DNA of 63,284 bases, the filler included, from Cercozoa sp. M6MM (Eukaryota; Protista; Endomyxa: Ascetosporea): assembly GCA_040357565.1 (NCBI GenBank). It is 7 parts of 7 records of this genome, joined end to end, with 100 filler letters (N's around TTAATTAATTAA, not from the genome) between each part and the next. Parts side by side here need not be neighbours in the genome. Positions count along the whole stretch, not along the records: positions 17,983 to 22,935 come from JBDODJ010001012.1; positions 23,036 to 45,532 come from JBDODJ010000182.1; 5 more parts are not named here. One strand, 5' to 3'. Position 1 is the first letter of the stretch, and each line of letters starts with the position of its first letter. The position numbers and the translations under genes were made by a program. Below the pieces are notes generated by a model. The model was given only the letters and a program-made list of their open reading frames with translations, made no database searches and had not been told where the DNA came from. Positions 18,200-30,060 of the stretch are shown piece by piece.

Positions 18200-19692
18200 G
18201 CGAATACGACAGAAACTGCGACTGCGCCGTCACAAAAGCCTCGACAGCTCTTGTCTGATACGAACAACCTTGTCCGTACACACACACACACACACAGACA
18301 CACAGACACACAGACACACAGACACACAGACACACAAGATACCTGCATGGGTCGCTCTCGCATGGCGGCAGGAGTGCTCTGTGCCAAGTGGTAGGGTACA
18401 CAGGGGGGTAAACCGAGTGGGGTAAAAGAGGTAAAAACGGGCTACCTGCACCGCGCGGACGTACTCGTTGACAGTGTCATCTCTGCATCCGAGCGGACAT
18501 GGGGAAATACAAAAACAACAAGAAACAACAAAACAACAACAACAACAACAACAACAACAAACAACAACAAACAACAACAACAACAACACAACAAGAAACA
18601 ACAAAAACAACAAAAACAACAAGAAACAACAACAACAAAAAAACAACAACAACAACAACAACAACAACAAACAACAACAAGCAACAACAACAAACAACAA
18701 CAACTAAAAACAACAACAGAAAACAACAAAGTGGCACACTGTATCGGCGGTGTCGTCGTCGTCCAGGCGGAGGCGGCCGCGCAGAATTTTCAGGTGGCCC
18801 GGCGCCTCGTCCTCGAGGACGCACACCAGCGCCGCCGCCACCAGCGGCACCGTCGACTCGCTCTCCGTGCACTGGGGGGGGGGGGGGTATACAAAGAGTA
18901 TACAGGGGTATACAGGGAGGTAACAGGGAGGTAACAGGGAGGTAAACAGAGAGGTATACAGGGTGGGAAAATAGGGAGGTAAACAGAGAGGTAACGAGAG
19001 GGTAAGGGGGGGGGGGGTAAACAGGGGGGTAAACCTCGGCAAAGGTGCGCAGCACGCGCGCTTCGAGTCGATCGGCGACGTTCTGAACGAGACGCATCTT
19101 GCTGCGCAGGTCGCGCCACGAGCTCTGCGACACGGCGCCGGCGTCCGACGCCCCTTTAATCACAATAATAGACTTGTTCTTCCCTAATTGTTATGTAGCC
19201 AGACAGACAGTGGGGTAAAACTTACCAGACCGGTAGAAGCCGGCGTCCTTGGCCTGCTGGACAGCGCGATCGCGCAGAACGACGAGTCGCGTCAGTTCCA
19301 CAAAGATCTACAGTGGTCACTCAGGGATCAAGAGGTCACTCAGGGATCAAGAGGTCACCCAGTGTCACTCAGTGATCACGTAGTCGCTCAGACAAATACA
19401 ACAAATACAACAGGGCACCGATCGCAGGTGACGCGCGTCGTGCTGCGGCGCGTCGATCTCCTCGCGCAGCCGCTTCGCGCGCGTCGGAATTTCGTGGAAC
19501 AGTCTGAGGGGGGGTGGGGTTAAAGGGGAGTAAAGGGGATAGGAGGTAAAACTACTTGAGCAGGCGGATCGACTCGCGCAGCCGATCGCGCGCGGTGCAC
19601 AACTCCTGCAGGCGCTGCCATCGATCGGCGCCGAGCAGGTGCTCCGCCGCCATAGAGGCACGTGTCACATTGTCTGCAAGGAAGCAAGAACT

Positions 19693-19744
<52 letters not shown>

Positions 19745-20190
19745 TCCGCTTAAACTACGAGAAAAACTGACCCAGCTGCGAGCGTGCACTTTCGCCTGCT
19801 TTCACGCCTTCCGTCAGCACAGTCTGCCATCCAACAAGATGCTTAGAATTACTTTAAGGATAAGACTTTGCCGTTTGTAGATTCGTAGGCACCACAGCTT
19901 GCTCGATGTCGTCTTGTTGCGCCCTGCAGTGTAGAGAAGACGTCAAAATGACCCACAGGCACGTTCAGTTCCACAAACTACAGTACGTCAACAGTTGCGC
20001 CAGTCGCGCACGTGCCGTTTTTAATCGCGACGCGTACTGTCCACAAACATGATCTCTCCAAGCAGCACATGACAACGGAATTAAAAACAGCACCTGCTCG
20101 CGAAGCAGATCGACATGCCGGAGCTTGTCTGCTGTCGGGAGAAGTGCTCTCACTGTCGTCTCTGCCTCCTCAACATCATTCATGCTGATG
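18200..20190 (-). CDS. Hypothetical helical protein, multi-exon, 3' end lost in a gap
   Basis: GC-rich exons flanked by GT..AG: MNDVEEAETTVRALLPTADKLRHVDLLREQ, AAEHLLGADRWQRLQELC, SWRDLRSKMRLVQNVADRLEARVLRTFAE. Confidence 0.55.
18508..18730. repeat. (CAA/ACA)n-type intronic microsatellite
   Basis: Long imperfect aacaac tract. Confidence 0.9.
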
Positions 20191-20421
20191 TGAAGCAGTA
20201 GTATCACACGTCTACTCACCACTGCAGCGACTAAATAGATTTGGTAGCACCAAAAACGAGCGCCGGGATCGCTTTTATTTTTGCAGCTTGCGACTGTTTC
20301 GCTTAACCAAAGAGCGACTTGACTGCCCAGTGCGTACAAACTCAACAGCGAACTCTAAGGTACGTGGGTGCGGAATTCGTTGCTTTGGTTGATTTTTGTG
20401 ACGTTTGTTGTGCTTTTGCAG

Positions 20422-21445
20422 ATGCCCGGCAAGCCTGACCCGACGCAGATCGTGACGCTCGTGCTCAAGACGACTGGTGGTGTGGTTGCTGGTGCGTCGG
20501 CCCTTGCCCCACGTCTCGGTCCGCTTGGTCTGTCGGCCAAGAAGGTGTGTTTTTTTTGTGGCTTTTGGTTATGGTTTTTGGAGTTTCTACTGAGCCTGAT
20601 GTGTGTGTTTTGTGTCTGTGTGCAGGTCGGCGAGGACATTGCCAAGAACACGAAGTCGTACCTCGGCCTGCCGGTGACGGTGAAGCTCACGATCCAGAAC
20701 CGTCAGGCGCAGATCGAGGTGGTGCCGACGGCGGCGCTGCTGGTGCTCAAGGAGCTCAACGAGCCGCCGCGTGCCAAGGGCGAGAAGTTCATCAAGCAGT
20801 ACGTTGTTGCATCTCTTTTCTTTGCCTGTCCCCTGCCGGGCCTAGTCATTGTGCCTTATGCCCCATGTGGGTTTAATAAAGCCGGACTTCGGCCATTGCT
20901 TACGCACCACTCAAGTCGCTCTTTGGGCGCAACTCAATACCTCCCTTTCGCTGACTGTCCCCTCTGCACTCTGTCCTTGTTGGCACTCTCTTGTCCTGAC
21001 ACACTTGCTGTCTGCGTGCGTGCGTTGTGGCTTGGCTTTGCTTGCAACGTGTGCACCAGACAGCAGGATGCTGCTGTGTTAGAGCAGAGTGTGTTCCTGC
21101 AGTTGCATGGGGAGCAGCTGCAATAGGGAGTGAGAGTTTCTGCGTGTGTGTCACAGCAAGGCAAGGGGAGGGCATCCCTGTCTGTCGTGATGTGTGCATC
21201 GGGATCATTGTGGTGTGTCTGGTAATGTTCGACTCAACAGCGACGGCAACCTCACGCTCGAGCAGATCTACTCGATCGCGCGCACCATGCGCGAGCAGGG
21301 CAAGTCGCGCTCGCGCACCTTTGGCGGCTCGTGCAAGGAGATTCTCGGCACGGCCAACTCGGTCGGTTGCACTGTCGAAGGTGTGTCGCCGCGCGAGATT
21401 CAGCGCCAGATCACCGAGGGCGAGCTCGACGTTCCGGAGGAGTAG
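20422..21445 (+). CDS. RPL12: 60S ribosomal protein L12 (uL11); exons 20422-20544, 20626-20798, 21241-21445
   Basis: [41 protein letters not shown]|[31 protein letters not shown]...IKH|[44 protein letters not shown] probable 5'UTR intron ends directly before the ATG. Confidence 0.97.
20889..21232 (+). ncRNA. Candidate structured RNA element within RPL12 intron 2
   Basis: Nested long G.U-rich helices found by eye (see findings). No Rfam family recognised. Confidence 0.55.
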
Positions 21446-21894
21446 ACAGTCGGCTCGAGTTTCCGTTTCTTCGAATACACCGGCTTTTGCCTTTTTGATT
21501 TATCCCTGTACAATAGAAAGCCTGACATTGCACACTTTGGGTAGTCATTGCCTTAACCCTCCGCGTGGATGTCCTGGCCGCGCCTCAACCGTTAATCGAG
21601 AGAAAAAACTGAAGCAGGTATCCGCCCTTCGTGCATGTAATAAGCCCGTTTGTTTTGGGCTCTAACTAACTCCTGACATGCCTGTACGCCTCAGGAAGAG
21701 ACGAACGACAGTTAAATAGAAAACAGATCAACTTCGTTTAACATGGCTGCGCTGAGACGATACACGACACTCATTTCGCTCACGTCACTTCGCTTGTTCG
21801 ATATCGATTACGTCCCGACTGCCAAGCTATGTGTGCGCAGACTGTCTACCTGGTATTCGCATCGATATCGCTTCGTTTACTCCGCTTGGTTCAC

Positions 21895-22622
21895 TAGTCA
21901 ACCATGGTGTCATTCACGAGCGCCACCACATCCTTCTGCACCGAGGCCAGCAGGTCGTTAAGCTGCTGTCTCGACTCGGCTTGACTGCAATGCAAGCGAC
22001 ATCAACCGTTTGATGTATCGATACATTCAGCTGCCTTTCAGAAAACGAGAGAGGTTGGTACATGTCCAAGCCAGCTACAACTCGGAACAGGAGTTTCGTC
22101 GTGTCGAGCATGCGGACCGGGCGCGCGATGTGAGTCAGCTCGTTGTAGATGAAGCGTTCGTCGACCTCCAGAGTCTTGTTTTGCACTAGATACCTGTCTC
22201 AGGCAAGGATCACACCATACAAGTACAAGCAAAGGGCATGTGTCGGTGTATTAAAGGCTATACGCAACAATGATGGTCTGCAGTTCCTGCGGAGCGGTGG
22301 CGAACAGCTTGGCAGCACACAGGTGTCGCACCACAGTGCTCACGTGCTCGCGCACCAAGGTCGTGCACTGCTGCAGGGCTTGCGCCATCACCGGCATCTC
22401 CAGCACCGACGAGATATTCCGGGGCTACACAAAATTCCAACATATCATCTATATTTACACATGCACACATATGTATGTACACCCAGATACAATCAGGGAA
22501 GCAGTACCAGTAAGTTAGACACGACACTCGTATCGCGGAGACAACGCGAGTCAAAGCCATTGGCCAGCAGGAAGCACCTGAAGTACAAATGATGGGGAGG
22601 AATATGGCTTGTGTGCGTGCGT

Positions 22623-22682
<60 letters not shown>

Positions 22683-22760
22683 ACTCACAGCGACTTGACT
22701 GCAAAGTCGGCCAGACGACCCGACGGGTCCACTCGTCTTGCGCCGAAAGCAAAGGGACGG
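21895..22760 (-). CDS. Hypothetical protein, 3' part only (5' end lost at contig edge)
   Basis: Spliced exons ...EVDERFIYNELTHIARPVRMLDTTKLLFRVVAGLDI|QAESRQQLNDLLASVQKDVVALVNDTMVD*. Confidence 0.55.
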
Positions 22761-22789
22761 TGTGGATTGTTGACATATTGAACTGAAAG

Positions 22790-22935
<146 letters not shown>

Positions 22936-23035
22936 NNNNNNNNNNNNNNNNNNNNNNNNNNNNNNNNNNNNNNNNNNNNTTAATTAATTAANNNNNNNNN
23001 NNNNNNNNNNNNNNNNNNNNNNNNNNNNNNNNNNN

Positions 23036-23582
23036 CTGATAGGACTGCAATCGCCGCTGGTACCGGCGGCGCAGTACGAGCAGTTCATCGCACTGGCACG
23101 CTCGAAAGAGGCCACGTGGGACAAGGTGCACCCGCTGCTGCACGAGATGCCTGCTGTCAACAGGTACTGTCCTTCCTGTCTGGCCTTCTACCTCTGTGCA
23201 TCTCCTTCCTACAGGAACACGTTCCTGCACATTTTCGGATTGTTGCGACGCGCACTTCTCGATGAGGAGGTACACACACCCTGTGTGTCTGTGTGTCTGT
23301 GTGTCTGTGTGTCTGTGTGTCTGTGTGTCTGTGTGTTTGCATACTTTGTTTGAGCAGTCGCTGACATCGTCGCGCATGTCTCCCACCGCTTTCGCCGTCG
23401 TCTTCTCGCCTTCTGTACCACCCTTTACCCCCTGTGTCTTTACCCCTGTGTCTTGACCCCTGTGTGTGTAGGTTATGCTGAACCCGACACTGTCGCCCGA
23501 GCAGGCCGTGATCAACACGAAATTCGAGACCGTGTTCGTCGAGTCGCTGCTCAACGACATCGGCCATCTGGGCGACATCTAA
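23036..23582 (+). CDS. RhoGAP domain protein, C-terminal fragment
   Basis: LQSPLVPAAQYEQFI...VHPLLHEMPAVNR|NTFLHIFGLLRR...|SRMSPTAFAVVFSPS|...TVFVESLL matches the RhoGAP C-terminal pattern (PL.P..Y; LP..NR..L; M...NLA.VF.P). Confidence 0.75.
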
Positions 23583-24137
23583 CACTTACAACGCCAAGGC
23601 ACTCCTGCCGATCTGTACGGGACGCATCGCATTCTACCCGACCTGCACGTAGGCGAGCGTTTCACCCGAGTTTCCGGTCGCTTACTTTGCTTCACGTGAC
23701 GTATATAACTATTGTATCTTAACGCTCCGGATCCAGCTCCTTCCGTACAGAGAAGTCCGGACCCGGGAGATCTGTCGAACTCGACTATCTAAATTAGTTT
23801 GACCCCAGCGTCCGGTGGCTAGTATTCTATGTGAAAAGGCATCCATTCGTGTGGCGTATGGATCTAAGTGGCGATGTCTTGTTCCCACCTGACCCGTAAC
23901 GTTTTTCATTGCTGAGCTAGAGCGTATGTGCTGTTGTATCCATGCCCGCGCTGAGCTTTTAATTTGTGTTCACGAGCGAGGGAGCAATCGATGGATACAC
24001 GACAGTATCGAGGATTTCGAATCGGAATTTTTAGTGAACTGCTTGTTGGTTTACGACATGTTTACGGCATGTTCAATGTTTCGGCTTCATCGTAATCGAT
24101 GACTTCCCTGGGTTCCACGCCGACGTGAGCAGCAACG

Positions 24138-24903
24138 TCAAACAAGTCGGTCAACAGGTTCTAAATTGGCCATACCATTGCCCAATGCCCATCCCAGCAA
24201 CGACGCGTACAGAAAACCAAATCCAAGAATACGTACTGCACAGGTACCAAGGTAGAATCCCGTTTCGGGAAGTCGCGCGCTTGCAGCAGCCTGGTGCGAT
24301 GCATGCGCGCTAGCTTGATCGACATTGGCCAGTCGTTCAGGAAGGACGACACGTGGTCGGCGATCTACACACAGACACAGACATGAGCACAAACACATCA
24401 TAGACATTGTAAACGTGTGCATAATAAAATACAGTACCTCGATCGGCAATTCCGGCACAGTGGGCAGGTTGCACAGCACCTGCTTGGCCTCGCATGCGTA
24501 CCAAGTTCCCTGCGAACAAACACCTTTCTAGGTTGGTTCCCTCTATCACAGCGATACACTGGCAGTGTCAAACTCACCTGTTGGGGAGGCACACGCTCTG
24601 TCGACACCACGCGCCTGCAGTTTGCAAGGAATGCGCGAGATAACAACACAGATGTCGAACGATAAATAATTTACCGCTCGGGATCGATCAACAGGAAGGT
24701 TAGCATGCGACTACTGCCTGCGTCAAGTTAAATTTACGTATGTACAGGCATACTTCGCAAAGGCAGATTTTGTGTAAATGTACATCGAGACTCATGCAAG
24801 TGTACCAGGCTTGGACTTGTCCTGCAACTGGCACTGAGACATCAACTGCGACATTCCGTTGTCGAACACGATACTGCGGCATGAGTTGACAAGTACTGGG
24901 TTT

Positions 24904-24953
<50 letters not shown>

Positions 24954-24963
24954 NNNNNNNNNN

Positions 24964-25013
<50 letters not shown>

Positions 25014-25520
25014 GTGCGGTGCTCCCGCAGGGCGATGTGACAACACTTGGGGCTAAGAGTTGACTGCTCATTCAAAGCACAGGCGTACTTATCTTTTTTA
25101 ACTGGGCAGCCGGTTTCCAAGTATACGTACCCAACGTAGACGCACTGAGGCCTCTTGCACGTTTTCGCATGCATTTTGTTGGGCCGGCAAGTACGGCACA
25201 AGACAACCTGTACTAAGGGTAAAGGTACCTGTGGAAAGTCACCATACCGACAGCGGCAACTATTTTGCAACCTTCTGTGCGCCATATGGCTTCTGCACCA
25301 TGTGTACACAAGTAAATACTTGGACTCACTGACAAAAAACGCGCTTTAGAGATGCTAAAGGGTACCTCATGAGAGTGTTTGCCAGTGTACGAAGTTCCTT
25401 CAGCGTATCTTCAGGAACCGCCTTCGCAAAAACGACTTTGCAACATAGTTTTTTCGACTGGGAAAGCATGAATAGTGAAGCACATTGTCCGAAACAACGA
25501 CGCGAAAGCCGTCCATGAAA
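24138..25520 (-). CDS. Hypothetical multi-exon protein with a C-terminal F-box-like motif
   Basis: Exons flanked by GT/AG; the spliced LPTVPELPIE|IADHVSSFL resembles the F-box LP.E....I..FL pattern. Boundaries are approximate. Confidence 0.4.
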
Positions 25521-26006
25521 CAACCCTGAGCTGACTGCTAAAACGCTAAACTTTAAGGAAGCTCACAGCAGGGTAACACACAAGTGGCTGTGTACTACCG
25601 GTAGCTCCTAAACCAGTTGCAGCTACCAAAAATGGCGCCACCGTACAAAACCGACACAAATTTCTTTTCACTAGTTGAATTGGGGACGAGTTTTTCAAGT
25701 GCGTCAAGAAAAGTTTTCGCCGCAAAAAGACACGAACTCGTTCGCCATGCGCTGACTCATGAGTTCTAAGGCACAAAATGATGCATTGGGTCACTGAAGA
25801 ATCCCACCAAATGACTGCACATACCGGCAATGTCTGATGGCAGGTCAGAAAGCGAATGTGCACGCAACAATGCCGCAACGTCGTCGCAGCGCGCCAGTTG
25901 AAGCGCCAGCATACGGTTGCATCCCAGCGGAAATTTCGAAAAAAACCTATCAAAGCTTATACAGCTTACTCGCTACACAGGATGGCGTAGCAGCAGGCGG
26001 GCCAAG

Positions 26007-29000
26007 TTACCGGTATCGCATCTGCTGCAGCGGGTTCAGCGATTCTAAGTTTACAGTACTGCTGGCGATGGCATTGCATGATTGTGCGGCTTCAACGATG
26101 ATTTCGTGCACCCGACGCTGCAACAGCTGTTCGCCAATCACGAGTTCAAACTTGGACCCTTCGACTCCTGGGAACAGCACGAGAGCAGAATAACATTTAG
26201 AGTGTGCTGCTTTGTTCGCGCCTTAACTTGAGCAAGAACACCTGCGATTTGCGAATGCAAGGCCGCCACCTGGGCCTGTCGTAAAATCGCAGGATGAAGC
26301 ACGAAACTAGTACCAACAATGGACAAAACTCACCTGCAGCAGGAACGTTGACCGAGAGCGCAATGCTTCCGATTCGCGCACAAAAAAGAGCACGTAGAGT
26401 TGCTTGAAGCACAACGAGGCTGCGAGCATGGGACCTGCGTCAAAGCAACTCGGGATAGATACAGTAGACATAGGGTAGGCATGGTTCTTAGAAACTAGTG
26501 CCCGTTGCAACGCGAGAAGCGAGTGTGCTAACGTCCTTGCTTGTGTACTTATTGCTCACTTTCTTATCTTCTGCTTCTTCTTGCTGCCACTTTTCGAGCT
26601 CCTTCCAAGTCAAGCAACCAGTAGATTTACCACACTTCCGGGTTCCATAAATTACAGTTTGTGCGTCCAGAATAAAGATTGCGGTTGTCGGGGAACACAT
26701 CACATCCACAACGGTGTTTTCATTCTGCTCAGTCAAGCAATCGCTTCTTTCCAGACATCCACAACGGTGTACCGTTTCGAAAGAGAGCCATTGCTTTCTC
26801 AAAGCAAAGAAAGGTAGGAAGTTTAACGAGTGCATTTGCTCGGAGATCTACATTTTTAACAATCAAATAACCACCGTAAAATGTGGAGTAAATCTATTCA
26901 TACCTCAACCTGCAGTTTTGTTCCACCGGTGACGTGCGCGGGTACACCCGTGCTCGGGTCGGAGAAGAGTTTCGGGAACACAGGCGGCAAAATGACCATC
27001 ACACTAAAGTGGAAGCAATTGTGTGCATGCAAAAACAGTACAAAATCGGTGGCACCTCGCTTTCAGTTGCGCTGACCACTTTCGCAAAAGTGCTACGCGT
27101 CATCTCCAAGTGGTGTCGCGCAGTATTATCATTACAATTGGAGAGGGATGGGATACCTTGGTCAGAAGCGGCGTGCATGCCCATTGCGTACACTGTTTCG
27201 GTGCGACCGTCCAACAAACTCGACGAGAGGCTGGTAGCTTTCAGTTGCTAAAACAAAACCTCAACCAAGAAACAGAACAGTGCATTGTGGATAAGGGATC
27301 AAAATTTACCTGGGCAGTGGCCATAACGACATGCCGCTTGATCTCGGTGCTACACAGATCGGCTTGCGCCAGTTCCTCCAGTTTCAGCACCATTTCCGGA
27401 ATGAAGCGCTCACTGTCTGTGATAATACAATTGATCGCAACAACACTTGTGTCTCATTCATGCAATGGCAGAGTGACTGCACCTTCCACGATCAGTTTCG
27501 TCAGAAAGGAGAAAGCGAACATTGCTTGGACAGATGAGCGACAGACCACGAGCACAAATGTGTCGGCATCTGGAGGAACGTCAAGCTCGCAGTTCTCTTT
27601 GGCAAAGCGACTCAACATTGAGATAGTGAAGCCAGATTGTATCAAAAAAGTTATATACCCGACTGAAACACGATCGACGACAAGGTCCTCAGTTGTGCGC
27701 TCTCGGCAGCTCCTTCCTGCTCGACAGTCGAGGCTTGCCCAACAAGCATGACAGGAACATGAGCATACCTTGTTTAGATAGGAACACAAGTGTCTCAGAA
27801 GTAGCACAATTCTTCTTGCTGTCCGTTTTTTGCTCTAAGAACAATCAATCGAGATTGCTCTAATCTTGGCAGATTCAGTCATACCGCGTTGAACGTTTTG
27901 ACCAAATCGGGCGAGTTCAAGATCTCCTCTGCCAGGCAGTAGGCAGCAAACACTCCAAACTCTCGAGCTGCCCGAGCCAGCGTTCGTGCGTACCTGTGCG
28001 ATAATCAATCGACGAGGTACCCATAGTAGGGGACATGAAGACGAGCAAAACCACAGAAGCGACAGGTGGCCCAATCGGTCGCATCGAGATGACAGGTCTG
28101 TTACTGACACGGTGGCAACCTGCTCGTACCTGGGTCAACAGTCTGCGCCAACACATCTGGAAAACTCAATTACCGACTTGTTGCCACGAGACACGTTGAC
28201 TCGTTTCGACTGAGCAGCCGTAGTATTTTGGAAGAAGTGCGAAATGTTGTACGTGCTGTTCGCTAAATTGTGCAGCTCCTCGTTGAATCGAACAGACCGT
28301 TTGAAATCAGCTTGGAAAGATATACCCGTTGAAGCCGCAGAATCTGCTTCTGGTTCTACTGTGCGTTGCTTGCTTCCAGTAGCACTTTGAACCTTAGGTA
28401 GGTATAAACTCTAGTTTCAGTTTAAGAGGAACAGTTTTTTGTAGTGCAAAAAAATACCTCGCGATGTAAAGCATCGATTGACGTCCTCAGCTTCTTCTGA
28501 CAAACACTTTCGAATGTGTCGAATCGTCTCAAATCTCCTATATAAAAAACCAGGCTTCTTCACGACCACATGCAAAGTGAGAAAGAACAATACCTGCCTC
28601 TTTCAGGTGCTTGAGACTGTCCTCGCTAAAAGAAGCGAGGTGCATGATCAGATCATCGAGGAGACTAAAGGATTGTGCTTGGATCGTCCTTCGCATGTCT
28701 CGATTTGTTCTTCGGTCGCTGCTTCTTGAAGGTGCCGTCGCGAAGGTTTTATCGGTCTGGTTCAGCACGCTTCGTAGGTTTCGGACAGACGGCGGCGGGC
28801 CAGTTGCCCCCGCGTCCGACTCCTGTGAATCGCAGTCAGGATAGTTTTCTTCAGGAGGTGTCGCAAAATCGAGCTGATTTATGGCTTGTGAGAGCTGCTG
28901 TTCCGCTAGCTGTGAAAGCTGCAACACGCGTTGGCACATACGCAGCTGTCGGCTGTCACCTTGGTCCTTCCAACAAGGCAAATTCAGTCCAAAGATCAGA

Positions 29001-29140
29001 GACTTGCAACTGCAGATTTTACCTCTATCCAGGCTGCCTCTCTGGCACAGTTCGAACCGGATAGCGCATCCCGCCGCTGTGCGCCCATCCTTCTGTCTCT
29101 GGTTAACGAAAAATCTATCCAGCGAGAGGATCTCCAACAA
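26007..29140 (-). CDS. Large hypothetical protein, multi-exon
   Basis: Chain of minus-strand open frames (28538-29140, 27454-27807, 26488-26835) separated by GT..AG segments, ending ...LNPLQQMRYR*. No family recognised. Confidence 0.4.
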
Positions 29141-29252
29141 TCCTGTCCATTGCAGTGGTCTCGAGAGACAGACTCAATGCGTCTTAATTTTTCGTTGAGA
29201 GCATAATGGCACTAAGTGACCGTAAGTGGAAAGGTGTCGCAACTCGGGCGTC

Positions 29253-29666
29253 TTAGAAGAGACCGCCGAAGCCCATCTCCTCCTCGGACTCCTCCTCTTC
29301 CTCTTCCTCCTCCTCGGCAGCCTCCTCAGCGGCGGCCTCACCGGCACCGCCGGCGGCAGCACCACCAGCCGGGGCGGCGGCGGCACCAGCGTTGAGCAGC
29401 AGCTCCTTGATGTCCTTGCCGGCGAGCAGGTCGGCGAACAGCTTCGGCCAGTAGACCGGGACGTCGGCGTCAGCGGCGGCGAGCAGCTCGTTCACCTTCT
29501 CCTCGGTGATCTCGATGCCGTCGTCCTGCAGGATGAGGCAGGCGTCTGCGACAAAAAAACACAAATGATAACGTGGCACGAAAAACAGAGGAATGCGAAC
29601 ATAGAATGTGTTACAGGCAGTCATGAGCTCCTGCTTCTCAGCAACGGACAGGTCGGAAAGGGCCAT
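29253..29666 (-). CDS. RPLP1: 60S acidic ribosomal protein P1, one coding intron
   Basis: ELMTAY|ACLILQDDGIEITEEKVNELLAAADADVPVYWPKLFADLLAGKDIKELL, followed by an Ala/Gly hinge and EEEEEESEEEMGFGGLF*. Confidence 0.96.
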   Translation of the reverse strand: MALSDLSVAEKQELMTACNTFYVRIPLFFVPRYHLCFFVADACLILQDDGIEITEEKVNELLAAADADVPVYWPKLFADLLAGKDIKELLLNAGAAAAPAGGAAAGGAGEAAAEEAAEEEEEEEEESEEEMGFGGLF

Positions 29667-30060
29667 TTTGTTCTCTACGCAGCACATACAGAAATCAAAA
29701 ACAGGAAGCATACGAGAAAAAACCAAAACATGCGCCATCGTACACAGGCCCACAACGTGCGGTGAGCATCAAGCTCGAGCACGCGCCGTGGGCCAGTGGC
29801 TCGGGCCAAGACGCGAAAAACACACACGCTCGCAAGGCGAAACTCACGGGGTGCTTTAAACGCTAGGGTAGAGAATCACCTCGATGTGCAATCTCCGCAA
29901 AGGATTTGGGTTTTGATTTTCGCGTTCTTGTTTCTTTGTCCGTGCCGGGCGCTCCTTTCGTCCAAGCGTACTGGACCTGTCCTGGTCCAAGTATCGCGAT
30001 CAGCCCACTGGGCTGAGCACGTGTGTGTGCGCGATCAGTTGTAGCTTCCATTAGATCTAG

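Noticed and set aside
18230-18945. Long poly-C/V/L or poly-Q/N/T ORFs, and the many CVCV/HTHT ORFs elsewhere
   Set aside because: These are translations of intronic microsatellites, not proteins.
23747-23756. TACAGAGAAG resembling the U6 ACAGAGA box; also ACAGGAAGGTTAGCATG near 24691
   Set aside because: The flanks lack the rest of U6/U6atac, and the second site lies in a probable minus-strand exon.
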